From: Clostridia bacterium
GTDB taxonomy: Bacteria > Bacillota > Clostridia > UMGS1883 > UMGS1540
Direction of reading: 5' to 3'
Assembly: GCA_017620205.1 (NCBI GenBank)
Contig: JAFZQX010000010.1
Location: forward strand, 5,534 to 69,533
Length of the DNA: 64,000 nucleotides
Shown piece after piece: positions 28,521 to 37,019 of this stretch. Numbering within the stretch: the stretch's first letter is position 1; each line of letters starts with the position of its first letter. The position numbers and the translations under genes are program-made. Below the pieces are notes generated by a model. That model searched no databases, was not told the origin of the DNA, and saw only the letters and a list, made by a program, of their open reading frames with translations.

Positions 28521-28560
28521 CAGCAGCAAAACGAAACCGTTTTTGCTGCTGCCTTTTTTA
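28521..28560. terminator. Bidirectional terminator
   Basis: aaaggcagcagcaaaa-cgaaaccg-tttttgctgctgcctttttt. Confidence 0.65.
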
Positions 28561-28576
28561 GTTTGCATTAAGCGGC

Positions 28577-29221
28577 TTATAATTCAACAGGAATTTCTTC
28601 GCTGTCGCCTTTAAGCTTATTATAAATCTCTGCGTCTGTCGCGCAAATATAAGGCTGGGTGTAGAGAACATAAACGATACCGAGAGTAATAATACCTAAA
28701 ATGGCCCAACCGAGGAATGATAAGTCAAGCACGAAAGCGTTCCATTTGTTGCCGTTCATCATTTCGCGTGATTTAGTAATCGCTTCTGTGGGCTGCATAT
28801 CGGGGTTATCCGAAAGTATGTATGGCACAAGCCGGTACGAATATGCCTTAACAATGCCGGGGATTATAAAAAGAAGCGACCAAAGCACGGTAAAAAGAGC
28901 TTGTAAAAACAGGGTAAGTACTATGTTGCCGTAGTTTGATTTAAAGCCATAGCCCATTTCGCCGGGTTCGGCGGGAGCAGCGCTGTTTTTCTTAAAGAAG
29001 TGCTGACATCCGAATCTGATAGGGTTAAAGAGGAAAATGCCGAGCAAGCAAGCAATAAGAGATAAACAAATGATTGCGCCGGTGTTTTCATCCGAAACAT
29101 TGAAACGGGAATAAACTCCGCCCGATACGAGCGAGAAAATAAATGCTACCAATACACATTTCCAACGGTTGGCCTTAAAAGCCGCTTTTCCTTTTGCTTT
29201 AAGTTCCTGTCTGTTCCACAT
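28577..29221 (-). CDS. DUF975-family membrane protein
   Basis: 214 aa with 4-5 TM helices and the IIPGIVKAYSYRLVPYILSDNP motif. It is paralogous to the disrupted copy at 32652-33430. Confidence 0.6.
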   Translation of the reverse strand: MWNRQELKAKGKAAFKANRWKCVLVAFIFSLVSGGVYSRFNVSDENTGAIICLSLIACLLGIFLFNPIRFGCQHFFKKNSAAPAEPGEMGYGFKSNYGNIVLTLFLQALFTVLWSLLFIIPGIVKAYSYRLVPYILSDNPDMQPTEAITKSREMMNGNKWNAFVLDLSFLGWAILGIITLGIVYVLYTQPYICATDAEIYNKLKGDSEEIPVEL

Positions 29222-29422
29222 AATTAAACATCTCCTTTTTTTGTATTGTAAAACATTTGCTGTTTACATTATATTCCAAACTCTCAAAAATATCAAGCAT
29301 TTTCACAAAAAAAGTGCAAAGTTTTTCATAACTTTGACAAAAATGTCTAAAATCATTGAAAATAACGGCAGGTTATGATAAAGTATTATTATATTAATTT
29401 ACATTGAAACGGAGGGTAATAA

Positions 29423-29683
29423 ATGAAATTTAAGAAAAGCTTTCTATCAATCATTTTGGCTATAAGTATGGTTTTTTTGCTTTTGCCGTTTACGGCAAGT
29501 GCAGGCTCTCTGCAGGTCTATACGGATATCTATGACCAGATTGTATATTCAGGCGGTACTTATGACATATCCGTAAAGGTTGTCGGCGGAACGGGCCTTC
29601 TGCAATACAGATGGCAGCTTTGCGGATATCAGAAAAGCGGAAAGGACTATTGGTTTTATATAGCAGGCAAGGACTGGCCGTAG
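29423..29683 (+). CDS. Signal-peptide-bearing N-terminal fragment, in frame with the downstream SLH protein ORF
   Basis: MKFKKSFLSIILAISMVFLLLPFTASA signal peptide. It ends at a single TAG at 29681-29683, and the next ORF at 29705 continues in the same frame. Confidence 0.4.
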   Translation: MKFKKSFLSIILAISMVFLLLPFTASAGSLQVYTDIYDQIVYSGGTYDISVKVVGGTGLLQYRWQLCGYQKSGKDYWFYIAGKDWP

Positions 29684-29704
29684 TTCTTCGCGCCGGAGGA
29701 CTCA

Positions 29705-30901
29705 ATGGGAGAGCACCTCTGCATGACAACAAACTGGCTTGACGGCGAGGATAAGGGCAGCGACTGGAACGTTATAAAATTCAGATGCTATGTTTACGAT
29801 GAAAACGGAAACGAAGGCTATTCGCCCGAATATTATATGCACGTCTTTTCAACGGACGCTTTAAAAGCGCGCATTGACGCGGAAAACGCTTTTGAATTTG
29901 AAAGCTGCGAGCCGCAAAACACGGATATCAAAACATCTGCGGGCTACGCCGTTGATTTTACGATGCACCTTAAAGACTTTACAGACTGGATGCATGACAG
30001 CGAGCTTTACGCGCGCCAGTATTTTGAAATAAAAGAAAACGGCATATCGAGCTATATAGACGGCGTTCATTTCTCATATCTCAGAAACGCTCCCGCAAAC
30101 GCGGAAATTATTGAGCATGCAGACCTTTACTGTGGCGATACGCTTATTAAAGAGCTTAAAAAAGAATATAAAGTAACGGTTGAGAAAAAAGAAGAAACAC
30201 AGGCTTCATCATCTCCCGATACTTCCGAAACAGATACCGGGACGGACAAGTATAAGCCCATATATGAGCTTGTAAAGCCGGGAGCCGATTTTTCTGTTGT
30301 CAAACCGATTGAAATTACAAAGCCCATATCGATTGCAGACATTTTTGAGGAGATAGAAAGACCCATAAGCGGAGTTATTTCGTTTGGGGATAAGGATGAA
30401 GAAGAGCTGCCGTTTGAGGACGTTTTAAAAGAGGATTATTTTTATGACGCGGTAAAATGGGCATATACATCTGACCCGAGGATTACGGAGGGCATAGACG
30501 ATAAGCATTTCGGGCCGAAGCGGATTGTAACGCGCGCGCAGGCAATGGCGTTTTTGTGGCGCGCCATGGGAGAGCCGGAGCCTACGTCTAAAACAAACCC
30601 GTTTAAAGACGTAAAGAAAGATGATTATTTCTATAAAGCGGTACTCTGGGCGGTTGAAAAGGGTATAACCGTAGGCACGGACAGCACGCATTTTTCGCCG
30701 GACGACACATGCTCAACGGCGCATATCGTAACCTTCCTGTACCGCACGCTTGAAATAGGCGATGACGGCTATTATGAAGAAGCCGCTTCGTGGGCAAAGG
30801 ATAACGGCTTGCTTGAAAATATAGAAAAGAAGGTATCGCCTTATGTTGCGTGTCCGAGAAGCGATGTAGTTACGTTTTTGTATAGGACTATTGTTAAATA
30901 G
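29705..30901 (+). CDS. S-layer homology (SLH) domain cell-surface protein; C-terminal part of a gene interrupted by an in-frame TAG
   Basis: Three C-terminal SLH repeats (FEDVLKEDYFYDAVKWAY..., FKDVKKDDYFYKAVLWAVEKGIT..., ...DVVTFLYRTIV). No signal peptide of its own. Confidence 0.6.
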   Translation: MGEHLCMTTNWLDGEDKGSDWNVIKFRCYVYDENGNEGYSPEYYMHVFSTDALKARIDAENAFEFESCEPQNTDIKTSAGYAVDFTMHLKDFTDWMHDSELYARQYFEIKENGISSYIDGVHFSYLRNAPANAEIIEHADLYCGDTLIKELKKEYKVTVEKKEETQASSSPDTSETDTGTDKYKPIYELVKPGADFSVVKPIEITKPISIADIFEEIERPISGVISFGDKDEEELPFEDVLKEDYFYDAVKWAYTSDPRITEGIDDKHFGPKRIVTRAQAMAFLWRAMGEPEPTSKTNPFKDVKKDDYFYKAVLWAVEKGITVGTDSTHFSPDDTCSTAHIVTFLYRTLEIGDDGYYEEAASWAKDNGLLENIEKKVSPYVACPRSDVVTFLYRTIVK

Positions 30902-31066
30902 GGATGTAAAAATAGCGCAGACCGCAAAAGGTAAACGTCTTTTGCTACGAACAAACGTCACCTCTCGACGTACCTTATGTACGCCTTCGGGATTCCGTTT
31001 GTCCGTTCTGCATCTATTTTTCCTATCCCTTGTGGTGTTGAACAATGGGGACGCTATTTGTTGTGT

Positions 31067-31093
31067 TGTCAACAGAACCGTCCCCTTGGCAAC
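31067..31093. repeat. Left 27-bp inverted repeat flanking the SWIM gene
   Basis: gttgtcaaCagaaccgtccccttgGcaAc is the reverse complement, with 3 mismatches, of 32242-32268. Confidence 0.6.
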
Positions 31094-31169
31094 AGAAACA
31101 ATTTAAAATAGGGGCATTAGCATAAATAGATAGCAATGTGCCAAGGGAACATTGCTCTTGTCAACCTGA

Positions 31170-31194
31170 TCACTTCCTTGGTAAGGAAGAGGTC
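31170..31194 (+). repeat. 25-nt inverted partial copy of the tRNA-Thr anticodon arm region
   Basis: CACTTCCTTGGTAAGGAAGAGGTCA is identical to the minus-strand tRNA-Thr segment at 32346-32370, but in the opposite orientation. Confidence 0.6.
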
Positions 31195-31206
31195 ATATAT
31201 TCGATT

Positions 31207-31241
31207 AAAAAGGGGACGTATTTTTGTACGTCCCCTTTTTT
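31207..31241. terminator. Bidirectional terminator immediately downstream of the SWIM gene
   Basis: aaaaaggggacgta-ttttt-gtacgtcccctttttt. Confidence 0.65.
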
Positions 31242-32058
31242 AGGATATGCTTATTTTTATATTGTCTTTTTTCAAAACTAAATTAGCAAACACATCTTTG
31301 CTTACTGACGCGAAATAGCCTGTAAATTCGTTTTCGTATTCTTCCCCAATCAAGTCTAAAAGCTCGCAAAGCAGGAGCATCGCGGCAAATTCATGTTTGC
31401 ATGCGCCGCTGCAAAAGCAGGAGCATTTTATGTTGCCTATTTCTCTTGCATCATAATCAAAATTAAATTCAACTTCATAGTTTTCTGTGCCCTGAACTAT
31501 GGCAAAGCCGCGGCTGCCGTCAATGCATATATAAAGTATTCTGTCGTTAATATAGTAATCGTGTCCTCTTTCGGCAACTTCTTTTTTTATATTCATTCCG
31601 CTTAAATCATCGAGAGAAAAACTGCTGGTTTCATCATTTCCTGTCGCGTATTCTTCTTCGTTTTGCGGCGGGATAAACCAGGAGCGCACTTTGTTTGCGG
31701 GGATTACGTTTTCGCCAAAGGAAACCATGTACGAGCCGGCGGAAAACAGATCGCCTTTTACTTTTGTGTCGGCAACAGCGATAACCTTTTTGTAATCCGC
31801 TATCTTTATTTTGAAAGAATAACTGATGTCCATAACATAACCCATATGTCCTTCAAGCTTGCCGTCAACATATACAAGGTCGCCATTTTTTAAATCGAAC
31901 ATATCGTTATAGTAAGTAAAGTGCATATTTCTTGACGGGAAGTAAACTTCTACGACAGATTTGCGGGCTTCGGCTGAAACGGGATTTTCGATAACCGGTG
32001 TTTCATTTGTTCTTTCGTTTTTCAAAAAAGAATTAAAGCCTATAGGATATTTTTTCAT
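31240..32058 (-). CDS. SWIM zinc-finger domain protein
   Basis: C-terminal CSCFCSGACKHEFAAMLL matches the SWIM CxCxnCxH motif. 272 aa. Confidence 0.65.
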   Translation of the reverse strand: MKKYPIGFNSFLKNERTNETPVIENPVSAEARKSVVEVYFPSRNMHFTYYNDMFDLKNGDLVYVDGKLEGHMGYVMDISYSFKIKIADYKKVIAVADTKVKGDLFSAGSYMVSFGENVIPANKVRSWFIPPQNEEEYATGNDETSSFSLDDLSGMNIKKEVAERGHDYYINDRILYICIDGSRGFAIVQGTENYEVEFNFDYDAREIGNIKCSCFCSGACKHEFAAMLLLCELLDLIGEEYENEFTGYFASVSKDVFANLVLKKDNIKISIS

Positions 32059-32241
32059 GAATTATTCCTCCAATCTTTTGTTTCTGTAATCAGTATAGCA
32101 AATTCAGTGGGTAATAAAACGGACTGTGCAGGACGCACACGGATTGTCAGCTTTCAATTTTCAATTTTACATTTAATAAAGAAAAAAGCGTGCGCGCCGA
32201 AGGCGCAAAACCGAAAAAGGTGGCGGAGAGAGTTTTCCGGG

Positions 32242-32268
32242 TGTCAAGGGGACGGTTCTCTTGACAAC
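32242..32268. repeat. Right 27-bp inverted repeat, itself an internal palindrome (TGTCAAG-N11-CTTGACA)
   Basis: tgtcaaggggacggttctcttgacaac. Confidence 0.6.
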
Positions 32269-32280
32269 AATAAAACATAA

Positions 32281-32315
32281 AGAAAAAGAGACATGCAAAA
32301 GCATGTCTCTTTTTC
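32281..32315 (-). terminator. Terminator 3' of tRNA-Thr
   Basis: Perfect 16-bp stem agaaaaagagacatgc-aaaa-gcatgtctctttttct, followed on the minus strand by a T-rich tract. Confidence 0.65.
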
Positions 32316-32391
32316 TGGAGCTGTTGGGCAGATTCGAACTGCTGACCTCTTCCTTACCAAGGAAGTGCTCTGCCTGCTGAGCTACAACAGC
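32316..32391 (-). tRNA. tRNA-Thr: tRNA-Thr (anticodon GGT), CCA encoded
   Basis: Minus strand reads GCTGTTGTAGCTCAGCAGGCAGAGCACTTCCTTGGTAAGGAAGAGGTCAGCAGTTCGAATCTGCCCAACAGCTCCA. Confidence 0.8.
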
Positions 32392-32400
32392 GTAATTATC

Positions 32401-32433
32401 ATGGGACTGTCTGCACTATACTGAGACAGTCCC
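32401..32433 (-). other. Inter-tRNA hairpin (12-bp perfect stem), possible processing or termination structure
   Basis: atgggactgtct-gcactatact-gagacagtcccat. Confidence 0.4.
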
Positions 32434-32439
32434 ATGTTT

Positions 32440-32516
32440 TGGCGACCCGGATGAGGCTCGAACTCACGACCTCCAGCGTGACAGGCTGGCGTTCTAACCA
32501 ACTGAACTACCGGGCC
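32440..32516 (-). tRNA. tRNA-Asp: tRNA-Asp (anticodon GTC), CCA encoded
   Basis: Minus strand reads GGCCCGGTAGTTCAGTTGGTTAGAACGCCAGCCTGTCACGCTGGAGGTCGTGAGTTCGAGCCTCATCCGGGTCGCCA. Confidence 0.85.
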
Positions 32517-32651
32517 ACATATTTATATCAACAAATGATATTATACAATATAAAGAGTATGGTTGTCAATATGTTTTTTCTGTATTCTCTTGATATTTTT
32601 TGCTATTTGGAATATAATGTAGTTAAATAATTCTATTAGGAGCTGATATTA

Positions 32652-33430
32652 ATGTGGAAAAGACGCGAACTTAAGACAAAAGCAAAATCTGCTTTTAAGG
32701 CAAACTATTGGAAGTGCTTTTTTGTCGCTTTTATTATGATGGTTATAGCAAGCGGCACATATCTTACTGCGTTTGTTGACGGGAATCCCCCAAAAGACAA
32801 TGTGAATGTGCCCGAAACCGCTGTGCAGGTTGAACCGGCGGGAGAAGAAAGTATAGATACCTTGCCGGCAGAACTCAGCGCCGCTTTAGCGGAAGAATCC
32901 GCTACAAACGAAGTATCAAACAGAATCAGCATAAGCATGGGCGTTATGGCGCTTTCACTTTTGTTTTCCGTTTTCTTATAAAACATTTTACGGTAAGCTG
33001 CCAGCATTTCTTTAAGAAAAACAGCATATCTCCCGCGGAGCCCGGCGAAATGGGATTTTCTTTTAAAAACAAATACAGCAATATAGTTTTCACTGTATTT
33101 TTAAGAGACCTCTTTATTTTCCTTTGGTCGCTTCTGTTTATAATACCGGGAATTGTTAAGGCGTATTCCTACCGCCTTGTTCCTTACATACTTTCCGATA
33201 ACCCCGGCATAAACGGAGAAGAGGCACTTAAAAAATCAAGCGAGATGATGAAGGGCAACAAATGGAAAACGTTTAAACTTGACTTATCGTTTATCTGGTG
33301 GTTCCTTTTGAGCGTTATAACGCTTGGTATCGTTTATCTGTTTTATGTAAACCCTTATTTTCTTGCAACAGATGCGGAGCTTTACTTAAAGCTTAAAGAG
33401 CTTGATACGCCTGTTGTTTCAGAAGCATAA
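32652..33430 (+). pseudogene. DUF975-family membrane protein gene split by a frameshift near 32960-32985 (two ORFs, 32652-32981 and 33050-33430)
   Basis: The N-terminal ORF (MWKRRELKTKAKSAFKANYWKC...) and the C-terminal ORF (..IIPGIVKAYSYRLVPYILSDNP..) both align to the intact paralog 28577-29221. The frame of the second ORF stays open upstream (..QHFFKKNSISPAEPGE) into the first. There is a roughly 45-aa E/A/P-rich insertion relative to the paralog. Confidence 0.55.
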
Positions 33431-33437
33431 TTGAAAA

Positions 33438-33470
33438 TCAAAAAGAGTTGTGACAAATGTCACAACTCTT
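33438..33470. terminator. Bidirectional terminator
   Basis: agagttgtgaca-aa-tgtcacaactct followed by tttttt. Confidence 0.6.
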
Positions 33471-33481
33471 TTTTATATTGA

Positions 33482-34201
33482 TTAAACTTCCATTCTCTTT
33501 TGCATAACGCGCCTTGCGCTGCTTTCAAACTCGTCGTCAAGCGGTGTTAAAGAAGAAATATCGCCGTATTTGCGCTTTAGCGCCGCCGAAATCATTTCAT
33601 CGGCTATCTTAGGATTCTTTGAGAGAAAAGGCCCGTGCAGATATGTGCAGTAAGTGTTTTTGTAGCGGAGGCCTTCTCCGCCGTCCTCGCCGTTGTTGCC
33701 GAACCCCTTTATAACCTTGCCAAGCGGCTGCATATCGCCTATATACGTTCTGCCGGCGTGGTTTTCAAAGCCTATCGCCGTATAGCCGTCTATATCCGTT
33801 GCTATATTACCTATAAGGCGCGTATCGCCGCCTTCGGTATAGTGATTTAGAATACCGAGACCTTCGAGCTTTTCACCTTCCGGAGTTACATAGTATTTGC
33901 CGAGCATCTGATATCCGCCGCAGATAGCGAGCAAAACGCCGCCCGTTTCGATATACATACGCATATCGCCTATAATTCTGTCTTTAATATCCTGCTCAAC
34001 AACGCTCATCTCAAAGTCCTGACCGCCGCCGAACATAACTATATCCGTATTCTCGCTGTCAAAAGTATCGCCTACGGAGTAGTTTATCACTTTTACGTCA
34101 ATTCCCCTTGCCGCGGCTCGGCTTTTAAGAATAAGTATGTTTCCTATATCTCCGTACATATTTAAAAGTTCGGGATAAAGATGACAAATATTTAGTTCCA
34201 T
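33482..34201 (-). CDS. gatD: Lipid II isoglutaminyl synthase glutaminase subunit (CobB/CobQ-like GATase)
   Basis: Type 1 glutamine amidotransferase with the Cys in LLAICGGYQMLG. Immediately downstream of the Mur-ligase-family gene, the canonical murT-gatD pair. Confidence 0.75.
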   Translation of the reverse strand: MELNICHLYPELLNMYGDIGNILILKSRAAARGIDVKVINYSVGDTFDSENTDIVMFGGGQDFEMSVVEQDIKDRIIGDMRMYIETGGVLLAICGGYQMLGKYYVTPEGEKLEGLGILNHYTEGGDTRLIGNIATDIDGYTAIGFENHAGRTYIGDMQPLGKVIKGFGNNGEDGGEGLRYKNTYCTYLHGPFLSKNPKIADEMISAALKRKYGDISSLTPLDDEFESSARRVMQKRMEV

Positions 34202-34214
34202 TGTTTTCCCTCCC

Positions 34215-35555
34215 TTATTTCCAAAGTTTCTTAATATACTTCTTTTTATGAAGGTATTTCCTGAAAGATGTCATCGCCGTATATGTTGTAAACAGATAAA
34301 CTCTGCCTGTTATATTCGTTCTTATTGAATACAAAATTCCGTCATAGTCTTCCGAAACGTGGAACCTGTTTGTATCAAGCCCCGCGTATTTAAGGCGTAT
34401 CGCCATATCGTAGCAGCGCGTGCCGCCTACCAAAACGTTTTGGTAGTTCATTTTTGTAAATCTTTCAAAGTGCGCGTCGTAGATCCAGGAAACATCCGTG
34501 CCGTCCGCATAGTTGTCATTTAAAAGAAAAGCTAAATTTACGGCGTCCTCATCGGGCAAAACGGAGTTTATGGCTTCGTTGCAGCCTGCGGGGTTTTTAA
34601 CGAGTATTATTCTTACTTCGCGCCCGTCTATATTTACTGTTTCCTGTCTGCCGAATTTACTGCCGCAGCTTTCTATTCCCGCTTTTATATCGTCCTGACA
34701 AACACCTAGTGCGCCCGCAGTAGTAGCGGCGCAAAGCGCGTTATAGATGTTGTAAGTTCCGGGAAGCGGTATTTCGATTTCGAGCCCGTCAAAGGAAACC
34801 TTTGAAGAATCCGCCGTTAAAACAGGCGTTTTGTTAACGCCGAGCGCAAGCTGAGGTCTTTTTTTGCCGCATCGCGGGCAAGAATAGTCGCCGAGGTGGT
34901 TAAACGTTACAAAATTATATTCATACGGCTTTTTGCAGTCGCGGCAGAACTTGCCTTCTGCGTTCATTTCGCTTTCCGTATTTATATCGGGCGTAACCCT
35001 GAAGCCGTAATAGTAGCGTTTAGAGCCTTCCATAAATCCGAAGAGAAGCGATTCGTCGCCGTTTAAAACGAAAGTGCTTTCGGGCGTTTTGGCGCATCCG
35101 TCGGCTATCAGCTTTAACGTTTTGTCAACCTCGCCGTATCTGTCAAGCTGGTCGCGGAAAATATTTGTAACCGCTATTATTTCGGGTTTTATATCTTCTG
35201 TTACATGTTTTAAATAAGCTTCGTCAACCTCAAGTACCGCAAATTTCATTTCATCGCTTTTTTTGAAACGGTAGTTTTTTATAAGGCATGAAACAATGCC
35301 TGGCTTCATATTAGCGCCGCTTGAGTTATTGATAACCGGGCTGCCCGTAGCTTTAATAGCCGCAACTATCTGCGAGCATGTAGTGGTTTTGCCGTTTGTG
35401 CCGGTAACTAATACTATTCTGTATCCGTCCGCAACCTTCGGCAGAATGTTAGGTCTGAGTTTTAATGCTATTTCGCCGGGCAAACTTGTCCCGCCGCCGA
35501 GCAGTCCTGTTAAAAAGGATAATATTTTCATAAGAAAAATAATTATATTGTCCAT
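34215..35555 (-). CDS. murT: Lipid II isoglutaminyl synthase, Mur ligase-family subunit MurT
   Basis: ATP-binding VLVTGTNGKTTT, a Cys4 ribbon (CRDCKK...CPRCGKK), and a C-terminal DUF1727-like region. Start chosen at the ATG 7 nt after GGAAGGTG. Confidence 0.75.
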   Translation of the reverse strand: MDNIIIFLMKILSFLTGLLGGGTSLPGEIALKLRPNILPKVADGYRIVLVTGTNGKTTTCSQIVAAIKATGSPVINNSSGANMKPGIVSCLIKNYRFKKSDEMKFAVLEVDEAYLKHVTEDIKPEIIAVTNIFRDQLDRYGEVDKTLKLIADGCAKTPESTFVLNGDESLLFGFMEGSKRYYYGFRVTPDINTESEMNAEGKFCRDCKKPYEYNFVTFNHLGDYSCPRCGKKRPQLALGVNKTPVLTADSSKVSFDGLEIEIPLPGTYNIYNALCAATTAGALGVCQDDIKAGIESCGSKFGRQETVNIDGREVRIILVKNPAGCNEAINSVLPDEDAVNLAFLLNDNYADGTDVSWIYDAHFERFTKMNYQNVLVGGTRCYDMAIRLKYAGLDTNRFHVSEDYDGILYSIRTNITGRVYLFTTYTAMTSFRKYLHKKKYIKKLWK

Positions 35556-35560
35556 AAATA

Positions 35561-36214
35561 TCACCTTCCTATAACGAATAAGTAAATTGAAAAGAAATGT
35601 AAAATACTGCCGCCCAGCACAAAGAAGTGCCAGATGGAGTGCATATATTTAAGCTTCGGAAATGCGTAAAAAATAATTCCGAGCGTATAAACGATGCCGC
35701 CCGCAACAAGGAAAATAAGGCCGCCGAGCTGCATGTTTGAAACAAGCGTTTTGAAATAGAAAATAACAGCCCAGCCCATTATAACATAACAAATGTAGCT
35801 GAATATTTTGTATTTTTCCATGTTAACCGCGTTTAAAACGATGCCGAGTATCGCAAATGCCCATATAACCGCGCAAAGCGTAATACCCTTCGCGCCGCCT
35901 ATAACCAAAAGGGCATAGGGCATATAAGTTCCCGCGATAAGCAGGAAAATCGAAGAATGGTCAAACACCCTGAAGACTGCTTTCGCCTTGGGGTTTGTGA
36001 TCGAATGATATAATGTGGAAAAAAGATACATCAAAATAAGCGTTGAGCCGTATATAGCGGCACAGACAACATATAAAGGGTTATGCGTAAAAGCCGCGGA
36101 CACAACGAGAAGCACAAGTGCGGCAATCGCAAGACCTGCGCCTATACCGTGCGATATTGCGTTTACAAGCTCTTCTCCGAGCGTATAACTTGGTGGTTTA
36201 TTATTTTTTTTCAT
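35561..36214 (-). CDS. Hemolysin III family (PAQR) membrane protein
   Basis: 7-TM, 217 aa, with motifs NAISHGIGAGLAI and HSIWHFFVLGG. Confidence 0.7.
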   Translation of the reverse strand: MKKNNKPPSYTLGEELVNAISHGIGAGLAIAALVLLVVSAAFTHNPLYVVCAAIYGSTLILMYLFSTLYHSITNPKAKAVFRVFDHSSIFLLIAGTYMPYALLVIGGAKGITLCAVIWAFAILGIVLNAVNMEKYKIFSYICYVIMGWAVIFYFKTLVSNMQLGGLIFLVAGGIVYTLGIIFYAFPKLKYMHSIWHFFVLGGSILHFFSIYLFVIGR

Positions 36215-36229
36215 TTTAGTCTCCCGTGA

Positions 36230-37018
36230 TTAATGTGCCGTTTCATGAGCCGTTTTAACAACGGCTTCAATGTCAAGCGGCATATCTTTGCCGCTTCGTC
36301 CGGCGTATAGCAGATATTCTATATTGCCCTTGGGGCCTTTTATGGGCGAGAAGTCAAGCCCGTATATTTTAAATTCATTGTCTTTAGCGTAACCGAGCAC
36401 TTTTTCTATAACTTCTTTATGAACTGCGGGATCGCGCACAACGCCGTTTTTGCCTACGCTTTCGCGCCCCGCTTCAAACTGCGGCTTTATAAGGCAAACC
36501 GTTTCACCCGTTTCTTTTAAAAGTTCACGCATTACGGGAAAGATAAGTTTAAGCGATATAAAAGACACGTCAACGCTCGCAAAATCAAGATCGTCATCTA
36601 TATTTTCGCGCGTTACATATCTTATGTTTGTCCGTTCCATATTAACAACTTTTTCGTTTGTGCGAAGCTCCCATGCAAGCTGCCCGTAGCCTACGTCAAC
36701 GCTGTAAACCTTCGCGGCGCCGTTTTGGAGCATGCAGTCTGTAAAACCGCCGGTTGAAGCGCCTATATCCATGCATATTTTGTTTTCGAGCGTGATGGGA
36801 AAAGACGCCATCGCTTTTTCAAGCTTTAAGCCGCCGCGGCTTACATATTTAAGGCCTTCGCGGACTTCAATGGTGTCATTCTCCGTTACAAACATACCCG
36901 CCTTGTCGGCCTTCTGTTCGTTTACATACACAACGCCACTCATAATAAGAGCCTGCGCTTTGCTTCTGCCGTCCGCAAGCCCGTTTTCGGTCATATAAAG
37001 GTCAAGTCTTTGCTTCAT
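36230..37018 (-). CDS. tlyA: TlyA-family rRNA 2'-O-methyltransferase (S4 plus FtsJ domains)
   Basis: Start at MKQRLDLYMTENGL (S4 domain). FtsJ-like methyltransferase motif (MDIGASTGGFTDCMLQNGAAKVYSVDVG). Confidence 0.8.
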   Translation of the reverse strand: MKQRLDLYMTENGLADGRSKAQALIMSGVVYVNEQKADKAGMFVTENDTIEVREGLKYVSRGGLKLEKAMASFPITLENKICMDIGASTGGFTDCMLQNGAAKVYSVDVGYGQLAWELRTNEKVVNMERTNIRYVTRENIDDDLDFASVDVSFISLKLIFPVMRELLKETGETVCLIKPQFEAGRESVGKNGVVRDPAVHKEVIEKVLGYAKDNEFKIYGLDFSPIKGPKGNIEYLLYAGRSGKDMPLDIEAVVKTAHETAH

Positions 37019-37019
37019 T

